A stretch of DNA of 64,000 nt from Candidatus Sumerlaeia bacterium (GCA_033764015.1 JANRJK010000013.1:480001-544000), one strand, 5' to 3'; numbered from the stretch's first letter, positions 19,774 through 30,633 are shown. Program-made: numbers and translations. The notes: generated by a model not told the origin, from the sequence alone.

Positions 19774-22700
19774 GTGATTAGTTCGAAGCTCCACGATACC
19801 CTCCACGCCACGCGTCGCCTTGCCGCGCTTGGAGCCGCCGCGCTTCTGGCGATGCTCCCAGTTGGAGCCCTCGCGCAGTCGTTTAACCTCGAGGGCAACT
19901 ACATCTTCCTCCCGGTGGACAACACCGGGGCGGACGGCAACGCCAACTACGGGCGCTTCGTCCGCGAGGACATCATGAGCGGCGGCCGCTACAACCCCGC
20001 CGGCGGCGCGACCTGGGGCACGGTGAACGACTTCTGGTACCCGGCCGCCCCCACCGCCAACTACTCGATCTCCATCGCCGGCGCGATCCCGAGCGTTCGC
20101 GCCAACGGCGTTGGCTGGTCGAGCGGCCTTCCGACCGTCACAAACCTCAGCTCGGGCTCGTTCAACACCGTGCGCATCTCGGGGTATCCATACTTCAACG
20201 GGGCGAGCCTTCCCGCTTCCACCATCCAAGTCTATTACGAGCGCACCGCGACCTTCCACGACGACTGGGAGTACATCCAGATCGACCACGTCCTGCGGAA
20301 CGAGGGCACCGTCGCGTCCCCCGTGATCAAGACCGTCGACAGCGTGGACGGCGACCAAGGCTTCGAGCAAACCGGCTGGACGCGCCTCGGCACCTATAAC
20401 GACGTCTTCCCGAACTCATCGCCGACGCACGCACGCTCGTGGATCGAGACGCCGACCTACCCGCGAGGTCTCTCCATGGCGATCGTGTCCTTCGCTCCGG
20501 GACGCGTTCTCTCGATCGAGTCCGCAACCGGCGTGACGAATCCGGATGACGTGCTCCTCAGCCCGGCGGACCCGGAGGGCATCGAGGCGAACCTCTCGAT
20601 GAACTGCGCGTTCAACCACGGCACGCTCGATCCGGGCGAAGAGATCACTTGGACGGTTTACTACGTCTTCAACGACAGCGAATTCGCGGTCCGCAATTTC
20701 ATCGGGCCGACCGCCTACGCAAAGGACGTCACGGTCTCCATCGGCCCGGGCGGCACCGTCAACGTGCCCGCCAGCTCGGTGAACGACAACAGCACGGTGT
20801 TCGACATCCCCGGTGTCTTCACGCTCAGCGAGAGCGATTTCGACTGCTCCGAACTCGGCGCGAACCCCGTCACGCTGACGGTCACCGACGCGGGAGGGCG
20901 CACCTCGACCGCAACCGCGACGATCACGGTGCTCGACACCACAGCGCCCACGGCGGTCTGCCAGAACGTGACGCTGGCGCTCGGACCCGGCGGCATCACG
21001 ACGATTTCCCCTGCAGCGATCAACAACGGCTCGAGCGATAACTGCGGCACGGCCTTCAGTGTCAGCCCCACGTCGGTCTCCGGCCTCGGCGCGTTCCCGG
21101 GCGTGGTCCTAACCGTGACCGACCCGTCCGGTAACACATCGACCTGCTCCGCGACGGTCACCGTGACGGACCAGACCCCGCCGACGGTCACCGGCCAGAA
21201 CATCACGGTTAACCTCTTGGGACCGACGGGCACCTTCACGATCACCCCCGCTTCCGTGATCGCAACGGAGAGCGACAACGTTGGCATCACGACGCGCACC
21301 GTGTCGCAGACGGACTTCGACTGCACCGACCTCGGCCCGAACGTCGTCACCATCACCGTCGGCGACGCGGCCGGCAACACGGCGACCGCGACCGCGACGG
21401 TGACGGTCCGCGACAACACGCCGCCCACGGCCGTTTGCGCGCCGCTGACCGTCAACATCGACGCGACCGGCAATGCCTCCATCACGGGCGCCTCCATCGA
21501 CGGCGGCAGCACCGACACCTTCTGCGGGATCACGAGCCGCACCGCGAGCCCGAACGCCTTCACCGGCGCGAGCCTGGCTCTTAGCCCCATCAGCGTGACG
21601 CTCACCGTCACGGACGCGGGCGGCAACACGGCGACCTGCACCACCAACGTCACCGTCAACGACATCATTGCGCCGACGGCCATCGCACAGAACATCACGG
21701 TGGACCTGAATGCCGCCGGCTCCGTGACGATCACGCCCGCGCAGATCAACAACGGCTCGACGGACAACTCGACGCTGACCGGAGGCCCCGCGCCGACGCT
21801 CGGGCTCGACGTCACCAGCTTCGATTGCGCGGACATCGCCACGAACCCGAATCCGGTGGTGCTGACCGTCACCGACTCGCGTGGCAACACCGCCACCGCC
21901 GCCGCCACCGTCACGGTGCGCGACGTCACGGCGCCGAACGCGATTTGCCAGAACATCACGCTGAGCCTGAACGCCAGCGGCATCGCGGCGTTCAGCACGC
22001 CGTCATCCCTGAACAACGGCAGCACGGACGCCTGCGGCCCGCTCACCCATGCGGCTTCGCGCGCGACCAGCCCAGCGGACCTGGCGACTATCAACTGGGC
22101 CACTGACAGCTCACAGAACGGCGCGTCCTCCGGCACGCTGGCCGGCGTCGCGGCAACACTCGCCGGCTTCGACGGCGCAGGCGCGGGTGGAACGGCGGCG
22201 ACGGACGCCAGCCTCGCCACGCGCGCGTTTATCAACGGCGTCACGGGCGTCGGCGGGGCATCGTTCTCGACTCGCTACGCGATCCTCGACGTGACGGCCA
22301 CCGCCGGGCAGGCGAACCACACGATCTCATTCGCCTCTCCGATCCACAATCCGGTGATCAGCCTCTGGCGCTACTCGCAGACGAATATGGTCGTCGACCT
22401 CCCGGACGGCCTTTCCGTCTCGGTCGCCGATTCCAACGGCGGCGTCACGACGCTCTCAGGTAACCGCTTCCAACTCACCGGTGGCGCGAACAGCGACGGC
22501 AACGGCATCTCGATTCAGATCACCGGCTCGGTGACCGCCATCCCCTTCAACGTGCTTTCGACGAGCGGTAACCAGACGATCCGCACGACGGTCGGTACCA
22601 CCTTCCGCAATGCGCCTTTCGACTACCTTGGCTCCCAGCTCGGCGCGAATACCGCTGTGCTTCAGGTCAGCGACGGCGCCGGCAACGTTGGCACCTGCAA

Positions 22701-25700
22701 CGCCACGGTGACGGTTAACGACCTGATCCCGCCGACGTTCACCTCGCAGGACATCACGGTCTCCATCGGCCCCGGCGGCACAGTGACCGTGACGCCGACG
22801 ACGAACGGCCTCACTTCGGCCCTCAACGACAACTCGACGCTGACCGGCGCCCCGGCCCCGACGATCACGATCAACGGCGGCCCATCGGTCACCTATAACT
22901 GCTCGCAGATCGGCCCGCAGGTGGTCACGCTGCTCGCCACAGACTCGAGCGGCAACACCACCACCTCGACACAGACAGTCACGGTCGAGGACAACGGCGA
23001 CCCGACGGCGGTCTGCCAGGATGTCACGGTGTTCCTCAGCAGCCCGACCCTCACGCCGCTCGCGGTGGACGGCGGCAGCTTCGACGCCTGCGGTTCGATC
23101 GCCACGCGGACGCTGTCGCAGACCAGCTTCGACTGCTCGGACGTCGGCTTCGTGAACGTCACGCTCACCGTGTTCGATAGCTCCGGCAACACGGATACCT
23201 GCACGGCGACCGTTGAAGTCATCGACGACATCGCGCCCACGGCGGTCTGCCAGCCGATCACCATCACGCTGGCCAGCCCCGGCACCGCGACGATCTCCGC
23301 TGCCGACATTGACAATGGCAGCAGCGACAACTGTGGCGCGTCGCCCTCCCTCTCCATCGATATCGACACGTTCGACTGCACGATGCTCGGTTCGAACAAC
23401 GTCGAGCTCACCGTGACGGATGCCTCGGGCAACGTGTCGACGTGCAACACGACGGTCACGGTGCAGGACGGCGGCTTCTGCAACCCGCCGACGGTCGTCA
23501 CCCAGAATGTGACGGTCATCCTCAACGGCTCGGGCAACGGTTCGACGACGCCCGCCGCGGTCGACAACGGCAGCTCGGATCCGGAAGGCGGACCTGTCAC
23601 GCTCTCGCTCGACATCACGAACTTCGACTGCTCCGACACGGCCGCGGCGGTGACGGTGACGCTGACGGTTGAGGACGCCTCCGGGCTGACCTCGACCGGC
23701 ACCGCGCTCGTCACGGTGCTCGACACTGCGAATCCGGTGCTTGTCGGCTGTCCGAGCAACACAACGCTCACCAACGACTTCAACGCCTGCGGCGCGACCG
23801 TCAGCTTCCCCACCCCGACTGCCACGGACAATTGCTCGGCGGTGGTCAGCCTCACCGGCGGCCTGCCTTCGGGCTCGCTCTTCCCGGTTGGCACGACGAC
23901 CGTCACCTTCACCGCCACCGACCCGAGCGGGAACACGGACACCTGCTCGTTCGATGTGACGATCGACGATGCGCAGCAGCCCACCATCACGGGCTGCCCG
24001 GCGCCGATCAGCGTGAACAACGACGCCGGCCTCTGCTCCGCCATCGTTACCTTCCCGACCCCGGGCGTCACCGATAACTGCCCCGGCGCGACGATCAGCC
24101 AAACCGCGGGCCTCGCCTCCGGTGCGGCCTTCCCCGCCGGCACCAACACGGTGGTGTTCACCGCGGAGGACGCCGCCGGCAACACGTCCACTTGCTCGTT
24201 CGACGTGACGGTGAACGACACGGAGGGCCCGACGGCGGTGTGCATGCCCGCGACGGTCACGCTGGACGCGACCGGCAACGCGACGCTCGACCCCGCTGAC
24301 CTCGATGGCGGCAGCCTCGACAACTGCACCGGTTCGCTCACTTATGGCGCCACGCAGACCGCCTTCACCGGCGCCAGCCTCTCGCTCAGCCCCATCACCG
24401 TGACGCTCACCGTCACCGATCCGGGCGCGAACTCCTCCACCTGCACGACGACAGTCACCGTCAACGACGCGATCCCGCCGACAATCTCGGCTTCGGACAC
24501 GACGGTGTTCCTCGACGGCTCCGGAAACGTCACAATCGTGACGGGCGACTTCTCGCCGGTGGTCGGCGACAACTCGACGCTGACCGGCGGACCCGCCGCG
24601 ACGGTGTCGATCACCTCGACGCCGACCGCCTTCGATTGCGCGGATGCGGGCGGCACCTTCCCGGTGACGCTGCAGGCGACCGACTCCTCCGGCAACACGG
24701 CGACCACCTCGGTCAACGTGACGATCCTTGAAACGACCCCGCCCACCGCGGTCTGCAACAACGTGACCGTGACGCTCGATCTGCTCCTCGGGACGGGCAG
24801 CACCACGGCAGCGATCCTCGGCGCGGGCAGCACTGACAACTGCGCGATCTCGACCATCACGGCGACCCAGACCTCCTTCACGGTCGCCGACCTGCCGCTG
24901 AGCCCGGTCGCCGTCACAGTGACGGTGACCGACACCTCCGGCAATTCCTCCACATGCACCGCCAACGTGACGGTCCAGGCGCAGCCCTCGGCCCCGCCGA
25001 CGGCGATCTGCGTGGGCGGCCCGTTGACGATCAACCTCGATGCGACCGGCAGCTTCACGCTCGATCCCGCGGCCTTCGACGGCGGCAGCTTCGACGATCA
25101 GGGCATCGCGTCCCTCTCCGTCTCACCCGCTGTCGTCACCTGCGCCGACGTCGGACCGCCGGAAGTCGTCACGCTCACCGTCACCGACACCTCCGGCCAG
25201 ACGGCCACCTGCACGTCCTCCGTGCTCGTGTTCGACATCGTGCCGCCAGTCGCGGTCTGCGTCCCGTCGCTTACGGTTTCGATCAACGCGCTCGGCTTCG
25301 AGTTCCTGGACGGCTCGCTTCTCGACGCTGGCAGCACCGACGCCTGCGGCGTGGGCCTGCTCGAGCCGGTGCCGAGCTTCTTCCTCGGCCCCGACGCCGG
25401 TAGCGTGATCCCGGTCCAGCTCCGCGTGGTGGACATCTACGAGAACGAGAGCTTCTGCACCACGAACGTCACGGTGCAGGACATCATCCCCCCGGTTGTC
25501 GACGCGCAGGACATCACGTCCTTCCTCGACGCGGCGGGTTCCGTGACGATCACGGCCGCGGACATCAACGTGTTCCCGCCGACGTTCCCGACGGCTCCGT
25601 TCACGCCGCCGGCGACGGGCACCTACGACAACCTCTGGATCACTGGCGGCGCATACCCGACGCTGCTGATCAACGGCCAGCCCTCGATTACGTTCGATTG

Positions 25701-28700
25701 CGGCGAGTTGAACACCGACCAGGTTGTGACACTCACGGCGACCGACGTGTTCGGCAATTCGGCGACGGCGACGGCGACGGTTTCGGTCCGCGACATCATC
25801 CCCCCCACGATCTCGTGCCCGACGAACATCAACGTGAACACCGACCTCGACCAGCCGACAGCGGTCGTCGCGTTCGCGGACGCGACCGGCAACGACAACT
25901 GCCCGCCCCCGACGATCACCCGCACCGGTGGTTCGGCCAGCGGCTCCGCGTTCCCGATCGGCGTTTCGACGATCACCTACACCGCCGAGGACGCATCCGG
26001 CAACACGACCACCTGCTCGTTCACCATCACGGTGACCGACAACCAGGCGCCCGACGTGCTCACGCAGGACATCACGGTGCAGCTCGACGGCACCGGCAAC
26101 GTCGTCATCACTCCGTCTCAAGTGGACAACGGCTCGAGCGACAACTCCGGCCTGCCGGTCACGCTGTCGCTCGGCCCCGGCCAGACCGACTTCAACTGCT
26201 CGGAGGTCGGCCCGAACGTCGTCACGCTGACGGTTACGGACGCCTTCGGCAACGCAGCCACGGGCACCGCAACGGTCACGGTTCAAGACACCATCGCCCC
26301 GAACGCGGTCTGCCAGAACATCACGGTGCAACTCGACGCGAGCGGCTCCGCGACGATCACCCCGGCGGACATCGAGAACGGCTCGACCGACAACTGCGGC
26401 GTGGACTTCCCGCTCTCGACGCTGGACGTCTCTTCGTTCGACTGCTCTGACGTCGGCCCGAACCCGGTCGTCATGACGGTCTACGACGTGAACGGCAACA
26501 GCGACACCTGCACCGCGACGGTCACCATCGAGGACATCATCGTTCCGACGGCGATCTGCCAGCCGGTTACAGTGTTCCTCGATGCCACCGGCAACGCCTC
26601 GACCACCGCCGCCGCCGTGGACAACGGCAGCACGGACAACTGCTCGCTCTTGTCGCTCGCGCTGGACGACACCGACTTCACCGGCGCCGACCTCGGCCCG
26701 AACCCGGTGGTGCTGACGGCCACGGACGTGAACGGCAACAGCGCAACCTGCGCGACGACGGTAACGGTGGACGACCTGATCCCGCCGACGATGGCGACAC
26801 AGGACATCACGGTCTTCCTGGATGCCTCGGGCAACGTGACGATCACGCCGTCCGATGTGGACGCGGGAACGACGGACAACTCGACGCTGACGGGCGGACC
26901 GGCCCCGGTCCTCTCGCTCGGCCCGGGCGAGACGGACTTCGACTGCGCCGACATCGCGACCAACCCGAACGTTGTCACCCTTACGGCGACGGACGCCGAG
27001 GGCAACTCGGCCACCGCCACCGCCACGGTCACTGTGATCGACGCGGTGCCGCCGACGGCGCTCTGCCAAGACCGCACTGTGTTCCTCGATGCCACCGGCA
27101 ACGCATCGGTGACGCCGGCGGAAATCGACAACGGTTCCTCGGACGCCTGCGGCGTGGACAACCTCGCGCTCGACGTCACCGCCTTCACGGGCGCCGACCT
27201 CGGCCCGAACCCGGTCCTCCTCACGATCGAAGACGTTAACGGAAACACCTCCACCTGCGCCGCGACGGTCACCGTCCTCGACGTGATCGACCCTGTCGTC
27301 CTCACCCAGGACATCACTGTGTTCCTCGATTCGAACGGCGACGTCTCCATCGTCCCGGCCGATGTAGATGGCGGCACGACGGACAACTCGACGCTGACCG
27401 GCGGCTCGGCCCCGGTGCTGACGCTCGACGAGCAGGACTTCGACTGCTCCGAAGTCGGCCCCAACGTGGTCACCCTCACCGCAACAGACAGCTCGGGCAA
27501 CTCGGCCTCCGCCACCGCCACGGTCACCGTGGTCGACGCGGTCCCGCCGGTCGCCCTTTGCCAGAATGTGACCGTGTACCTCGGTCCGAGCGGCACCGGA
27601 ACAACAACGGCCGCCGCGGTGGACAACGGCAGCAACGACGCCTGCGGCATCGACACGCTCGTGCTCAGCCAGACGCTGTTCACCGGTGCGGACCTCGGCG
27701 TGAACCCCGAGACCCTCACGGTGACTGACGTGAACGGCAACTCGAGCACCTGCTCCGCCAACGTGACGGTCCTCGACATCATCCCGCCGGACGCGGTCTG
27801 CCAGAACATCACGGTGGACCTCACCGCGGGCGGCAGCGCCACGATCACCGCCGCGCAGGTTGACGGCGGCAGCACGGACAACGTCGCGATCCAGTCGCTC
27901 GCGGTCAGCCCGAACGCGTTCTCCTGCGCCAACGTCGGCCCGAACACGGTGGTCCTGACGGTGACGGACACGTCCGGCAACACGGACACCTGCACGGCGA
28001 CCGTGCTGATCCGCGACGTGACGCCGCCGGTGGCGATCTGCCGCGACGTGACGGTGAACCTGAACGGCTCGGGAACCGGGACGACGACGCCTGCCGCCGT
28101 GAACAACGGCAGCAACGACGCCTGCGGGATCCAGTCGCTCGCGCTCGACGTCACCAGCTTCGACTGCGCGGACCTGTTCGTGCCGAACCCGGTGGTGCTG
28201 ACCGTCACCGATAACAACGGCAACACGGCGACCTGCGGGGCGAACGTCACGGTGCTCGACGCGATCCCGCCGACGTTCACGAACTGCCCGCCGTACCAGC
28301 TCACCAGCCTGATTCCGCCGGGCGGCGTCCTTGTGGCGAACACCGCCGGTGGCTTCGACTTCAACATCCTGGGCCTGCCGCCGGCGACCGACTTCGGCTT
28401 CGACAACTGCCTCGACGGCCTCACCGTCGACGTCTCGCCGACGTTCGTCCCGCTTGGCTGCACGACGATCACCTTCACGCTCACCGACAGTTCAGGCAAC
28501 ACCTCGACCTGCGATACGCCGGTCTTCGTGGGCGAGGACTACGGCGGCTGCCTCTCGATCGATTCGCTCTTCCAGCAGGACCTGACGATCATCGAAGGCT
28601 CCACCGCGGGCACCGGCGGCCAGACGCAGCTCGCCAGCCGCCGCATCGTGATCGGCGACACGGTCCAGAACCGCCAGCAGCGCGGCGTCCTCGGCTACCA

Positions 28701-29754
28701 GATGACGCAGCCCTGCATCGGCATCCGCAACGCCCAGATGCGCCTCGTGGTCGAGGCCCGCGCCGGCAGCATCGCCGGACTCGGCGACCTCGTGATCGAA
28801 GCGAACAACCCCTACTTCGGCAACACGGCGGGCTGGGAAGTGATCGACTTCCAGTCGACCCCGGACTTCACCCCGGTCGCCGTCGTTCCGAACGCCACGG
28901 TCGCCGCGACGCCGATCGGCGACGCCATTGTCGTCGACCTTGATCCGCGCTCGTGGGTCCTGATCCCGACCGCCGGCAACATCCAGTACCGCTTCCGCTT
29001 CCAGAACGCGACGAACGGCAACAGCACCGCCGATTCGATCGAGTTCGGATCCGGCGGCAATACGGCCGCCAACCGCCACCGCCGCTCGAACCTCGTGATC
29101 GGCGAAGTGCTCCTTCCGACGCAGAACGAGTGCGGCTTCAATCCGCCGGGCTTCGGCGTCGACCTCGAGCTCGATCCGCTTCCGGCCCTGTCGGTGCAGG
29201 ACGGCTGGGTGATCGAGTCGGCCCAGGGGTCTGAAGTCGGGCTCCAGCGCGACAACGGCAACCGCGAGGTCCGCTTCGGCGACACCGGCCTCAACCAGCA
29301 GCAGAAGGGCTTCCTCGGCTTCGACACCTCCCAACTCGACCTGCTGTACCCGGGCGCGGAGATCGTCAGCGCGCAGATCGAGGTCACCCGCTTCGGCGTT
29401 ACTGGCAATCCGGCCAGCCTCGGGCGCATCTACGTCCAGATGCTGTGCCCGAACCAGGTCGCCTACTGGGGCCTGTCGCCTGTGCTCGAGCAGGAAGACT
29501 TCGCCGGCTGCGAGTTCATCGGCGACGCCACGGCGACCGCTCCCGAGTTCCCCGCGGCCGATGGCGATACCGTGCTCTGGACGCTCAGCCCCGAGGCCCT
29601 CGCCGCCATCAACCGCAACGGCTCGACGCAGTTCCGCCTCGTGTTCGAGCAGCCCGACAACGACAACAACCTGACCGACCACCTCGGCATCTTCTCGGCC
29701 AACTACTTCGATACTGAAGCAAGGCCCAAGCTGCTGCTGACGATCCGCCAGTAA
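19774..29754 (+). CDS. Giant secreted/surface protein with ~29 HYR/Ig-like repeats and two C-terminal DNRLRE/CBM96-like domains (putative adhesin)
   Basis: GGAG then GTG start gives signal peptide (RRLAALGAAALLAMLPVGALA-Q). ~80-aa repeats PTAVCQNITV...GSTDNC...FDC...VTLTVTDxxGNTxTC. C-terminal QDGWVIES...GD...QQKGFLGFDTSQL...RPKLLL. Start uncertain (ORF open from 19657). Confidence 0.85.
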   Translation: MISSKLHDTLHATRRLAALGAAALLAMLPVGALAQSFNLEGNYIFLPVDNTGADGNANYGRFVREDIMSGGRYNPAGGATWGTVNDFWYPAAPTANYSISIAGAIPSVRANGVGWSSGLPTVTNLSSGSFNTVRISGYPYFNGASLPASTIQVYYERTATFHDDWEYIQIDHVLRNEGTVASPVIKTVDSVDGDQGFEQTGWTRLGTYNDVFPNSSPTHARSWIETPTYPRGLSMAIVSFAPGRVLSIESATGVTNPDDVLLSPADPEGIEANLSMNCAFNHGTLDPGEEITWTVYYVFNDSEFAVRNFIGPTAYAKDVTVSIGPGGTVNVPASSVNDNSTVFDIPGVFTLSESDFDCSELGANPVTLTVTDAGGRTSTATATITVLDTTAPTAVCQNVTLALGPGGITTISPAAINNGSSDNCGTAFSVSPTSVSGLGAFPGVVLTVTDPSGNTSTCSATVTVTDQTPPTVTGQNITVNLLGPTGTFTITPASVIATESDNVGITTRTVSQTDFDCTDLGPNVVTITVGDAAGNTATATATVTVRDNTPPTAVCAPLTVNIDATGNASITGASIDGGSTDTFCGITSRTASPNAFTGASLALSPISVTLTVTDAGGNTATCTTNVTVNDIIAPTAIAQNITVDLNAAGSVTITPAQINNGSTDNSTLTGGPAPTLGLDVTSFDCADIATNPNPVVLTVTDSRGNTATAAATVTVRDVTAPNAICQNITLSLNASGIAAFSTPSSLNNGSTDACGPLTHAASRATSPADLATINWATDSSQNGASSGTLAGVAATLAGFDGAGAGGTAATDASLATRAFINGVTGVGGASFSTRYAILDVTATAGQANHTISFASPIHNPVISLWRYSQTNMVVDLPDGLSVSVADSNGGVTTLSGNRFQLTGGANSDGNGISIQITGSVTAIPFNVLSTSGNQTIRTTVGTTFRNAPFDYLGSQLGANTAVLQVSDGAGNVGTCNATVTVNDLIPPTFTSQDITVSIGPGGTVTVTPTTNGLTSALNDNSTLTGAPAPTITINGGPSVTYNCSQIGPQVVTLLATDSSGNTTTSTQTVTVEDNGDPTAVCQDVTVFLSSPTLTPLAVDGGSFDACGSIATRTLSQTSFDCSDVGFVNVTLTVFDSSGNTDTCTATVEVIDDIAPTAVCQPITITLASPGTATISAADIDNGSSDNCGASPSLSIDIDTFDCTMLGSNNVELTVTDASGNVSTCNTTVTVQDGGFCNPPTVVTQNVTVILNGSGNGSTTPAAVDNGSSDPEGGPVTLSLDITNFDCSDTAAAVTVTLTVEDASGLTSTGTALVTVLDTANPVLVGCPSNTTLTNDFNACGATVSFPTPTATDNCSAVVSLTGGLPSGSLFPVGTTTVTFTATDPSGNTDTCSFDVTIDDAQQPTITGCPAPISVNNDAGLCSAIVTFPTPGVTDNCPGATISQTAGLASGAAFPAGTNTVVFTAEDAAGNTSTCSFDVTVNDTEGPTAVCMPATVTLDATGNATLDPADLDGGSLDNCTGSLTYGATQTAFTGASLSLSPITVTLTVTDPGANSSTCTTTVTVNDAIPPTISASDTTVFLDGSGNVTIVTGDFSPVVGDNSTLTGGPAATVSITSTPTAFDCADAGGTFPVTLQATDSSGNTATTSVNVTILETTPPTAVCNNVTVTLDLLLGTGSTTAAILGAGSTDNCAISTITATQTSFTVADLPLSPVAVTVTVTDTSGNSSTCTANVTVQAQPSAPPTAICVGGPLTINLDATGSFTLDPAAFDGGSFDDQGIASLSVSPAVVTCADVGPPEVVTLTVTDTSGQTATCTSSVLVFDIVPPVAVCVPSLTVSINALGFEFLDGSLLDAGSTDACGVGLLEPVPSFFLGPDAGSVIPVQLRVVDIYENESFCTTNVTVQDIIPPVVDAQDITSFLDAAGSVTITAADINVFPPTFPTAPFTPPATGTYDNLWITGGAYPTLLINGQPSITFDCGELNTDQVVTLTATDVFGNSATATATVSVRDIIPPTISCPTNINVNTDLDQPTAVVAFADATGNDNCPPPTITRTGGSASGSAFPIGVSTITYTAEDASGNTTTCSFTITVTDNQAPDVLTQDITVQLDGTGNVVITPSQVDNGSSDNSGLPVTLSLGPGQTDFNCSEVGPNVVTLTVTDAFGNAATGTATVTVQDTIAPNAVCQNITVQLDASGSATITPADIENGSTDNCGVDFPLSTLDVSSFDCSDVGPNPVVMTVYDVNGNSDTCTATVTIEDIIVPTAICQPVTVFLDATGNASTTAAAVDNGSTDNCSLLSLALDDTDFTGADLGPNPVVLTATDVNGNSATCATTVTVDDLIPPTMATQDITVFLDASGNVTITPSDVDAGTTDNSTLTGGPAPVLSLGPGETDFDCADIATNPNVVTLTATDAEGNSATATATVTVIDAVPPTALCQDRTVFLDATGNASVTPAEIDNGSSDACGVDNLALDVTAFTGADLGPNPVLLTIEDVNGNTSTCAATVTVLDVIDPVVLTQDITVFLDSNGDVSIVPADVDGGTTDNSTLTGGSAPVLTLDEQDFDCSEVGPNVVTLTATDSSGNSASATATVTVVDAVPPVALCQNVTVYLGPSGTGTTTAAAVDNGSNDACGIDTLVLSQTLFTGADLGVNPETLTVTDVNGNSSTCSANVTVLDIIPPDAVCQNITVDLTAGGSATITAAQVDGGSTDNVAIQSLAVSPNAFSCANVGPNTVVLTVTDTSGNTDTCTATVLIRDVTPPVAICRDVTVNLNGSGTGTTTPAAVNNGSNDACGIQSLALDVTSFDCADLFVPNPVVLTVTDNNGNTATCGANVTVLDAIPPTFTNCPPYQLTSLIPPGGVLVANTAGGFDFNILGLPPATDFGFDNCLDGLTVDVSPTFVPLGCTTITFTLTDSSGNTSTCDTPVFVGEDYGGCLSIDSLFQQDLTIIEGSTAGTGGQTQLASRRIVIGDTVQNRQQRGVLGYQMTQPCIGIRNAQMRLVVEARAGSIAGLGDLVIEANNPYFGNTAGWEVIDFQSTPDFTPVAVVPNATVAATPIGDAIVVDLDPRSWVLIPTAGNIQYRFRFQNATNGNSTADSIEFGSGGNTAANRHRRSNLVIGEVLLPTQNECGFNPPGFGVDLELDPLPALSVQDGWVIESAQGSEVGLQRDNGNREVRFGDTGLNQQQKGFLGFDTSQLDLLYPGAEIVSAQIEVTRFGVTGNPASLGRIYVQMLCPNQVAYWGLSPVLEQEDFAGCEFIGDATATAPEFPAADGDTVLWTLSPEALAAINRNGSTQFRLVFEQPDNDNNLTDHLGIFSANYFDTEARPKLLLTIRQ

Positions 29755-29787
29755 CCGCCGCGGGACGAGCCGCTCCCACCAACTCCC

Positions 29788-29828
29788 ACCCCGGGAGGCG
29801 TACCACCGCCTCCCGGGGTTCTTCTTTT
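29788..29828 (+). terminator. Rho-independent terminator
   Basis: ACCCCGGGAGGCG-loop-CGCCTCCCGGGGT followed by TCTTCTTTT. Confidence 0.85.
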
Positions 29829-29903
29829 CCGGGGAACTCCCCGGGTTGCGTTGGGCGGAGGGCTGCCTATACTCGATCGCAATGATCGCCAAGGAGGCAT
29901 CCG

Positions 29904-30491
29904 ATGGCCAGCCTCGCTCGATTCGCCCCCCTCGCAGCAGCCATGCTGTTCCTATGCGGGTGCAGCATGTCCCGCACGACGACCACCACCCGGACCGCTG
30001 TGGAGCAGGCGCTCCTGACGAGAAGCGCGGAGGAGTCGCTCGGGACCCAATCGCTTGCCGGGTTCGAAGGGCGGAGCTTCCACATCGAGGATATCGGCTT
30101 CGACCACCCGCAGGCGGCGCAGCTTGCCCGTGAGTTCGAAGAGCGGCTCCTCGCCGCCGGAGGTAGGCGCGCCGCCGACGCCGCTTCCGCCGATCTCGTG
30201 GTCGTTCCGCTGGTCGACTATGCCGCGATCGACGACGACGAGGTGTTGATCGGCCTCCCGGCGCTGACGCTGCCGATTCCTGGAGCGACAGCCGTGGCGT
30301 TTCCCGAGCTGGCCCTCTACAAGAGGTCGAACCAGCAAGGCCGCGCCTCCCTCGGGTTGCTGGCGCGCGACGCCCGCACCGGGGAACTCGCGGTCCACGC
30401 CGCCCCGCAGTGGGGGGTGAAGTTCTACACCCGGTACAAGTTCCTATTCTTCTTCACGTTCCGCACCACGAACCTTGGTGGGCCGTTCTAG
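29904..30491 (+). CDS. Hypothetical lipoprotein
   Basis: AGGAGG RBS; lipobox-like LCGC; TRTAVEQALL motif; aromatic-rich C-terminus. Confidence 0.75.
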   Translation: MASLARFAPLAAAMLFLCGCSMSRTTTTTRTAVEQALLTRSAEESLGTQSLAGFEGRSFHIEDIGFDHPQAAQLAREFEERLLAAGGRRAADAASADLVVVPLVDYAAIDDDEVLIGLPALTLPIPGATAVAFPELALYKRSNQQGRASLGLLARDARTGELAVHAAPQWGVKFYTRYKFLFFFTFRTTNLGGPF

Positions 30492-30633
30492 CGGCAACGC
30501 GGTGTTGCGGTCGATTATCGCTTTCTTCGACAAACCCGGGTCGGCCCGAATCGACTTGAATGCACCAAGGACGCGCGGAAAGCTCGACAGAAGACTCCCG
30601 GACAGAGCCGGGGGCACGTTGGGGGAACCACAA

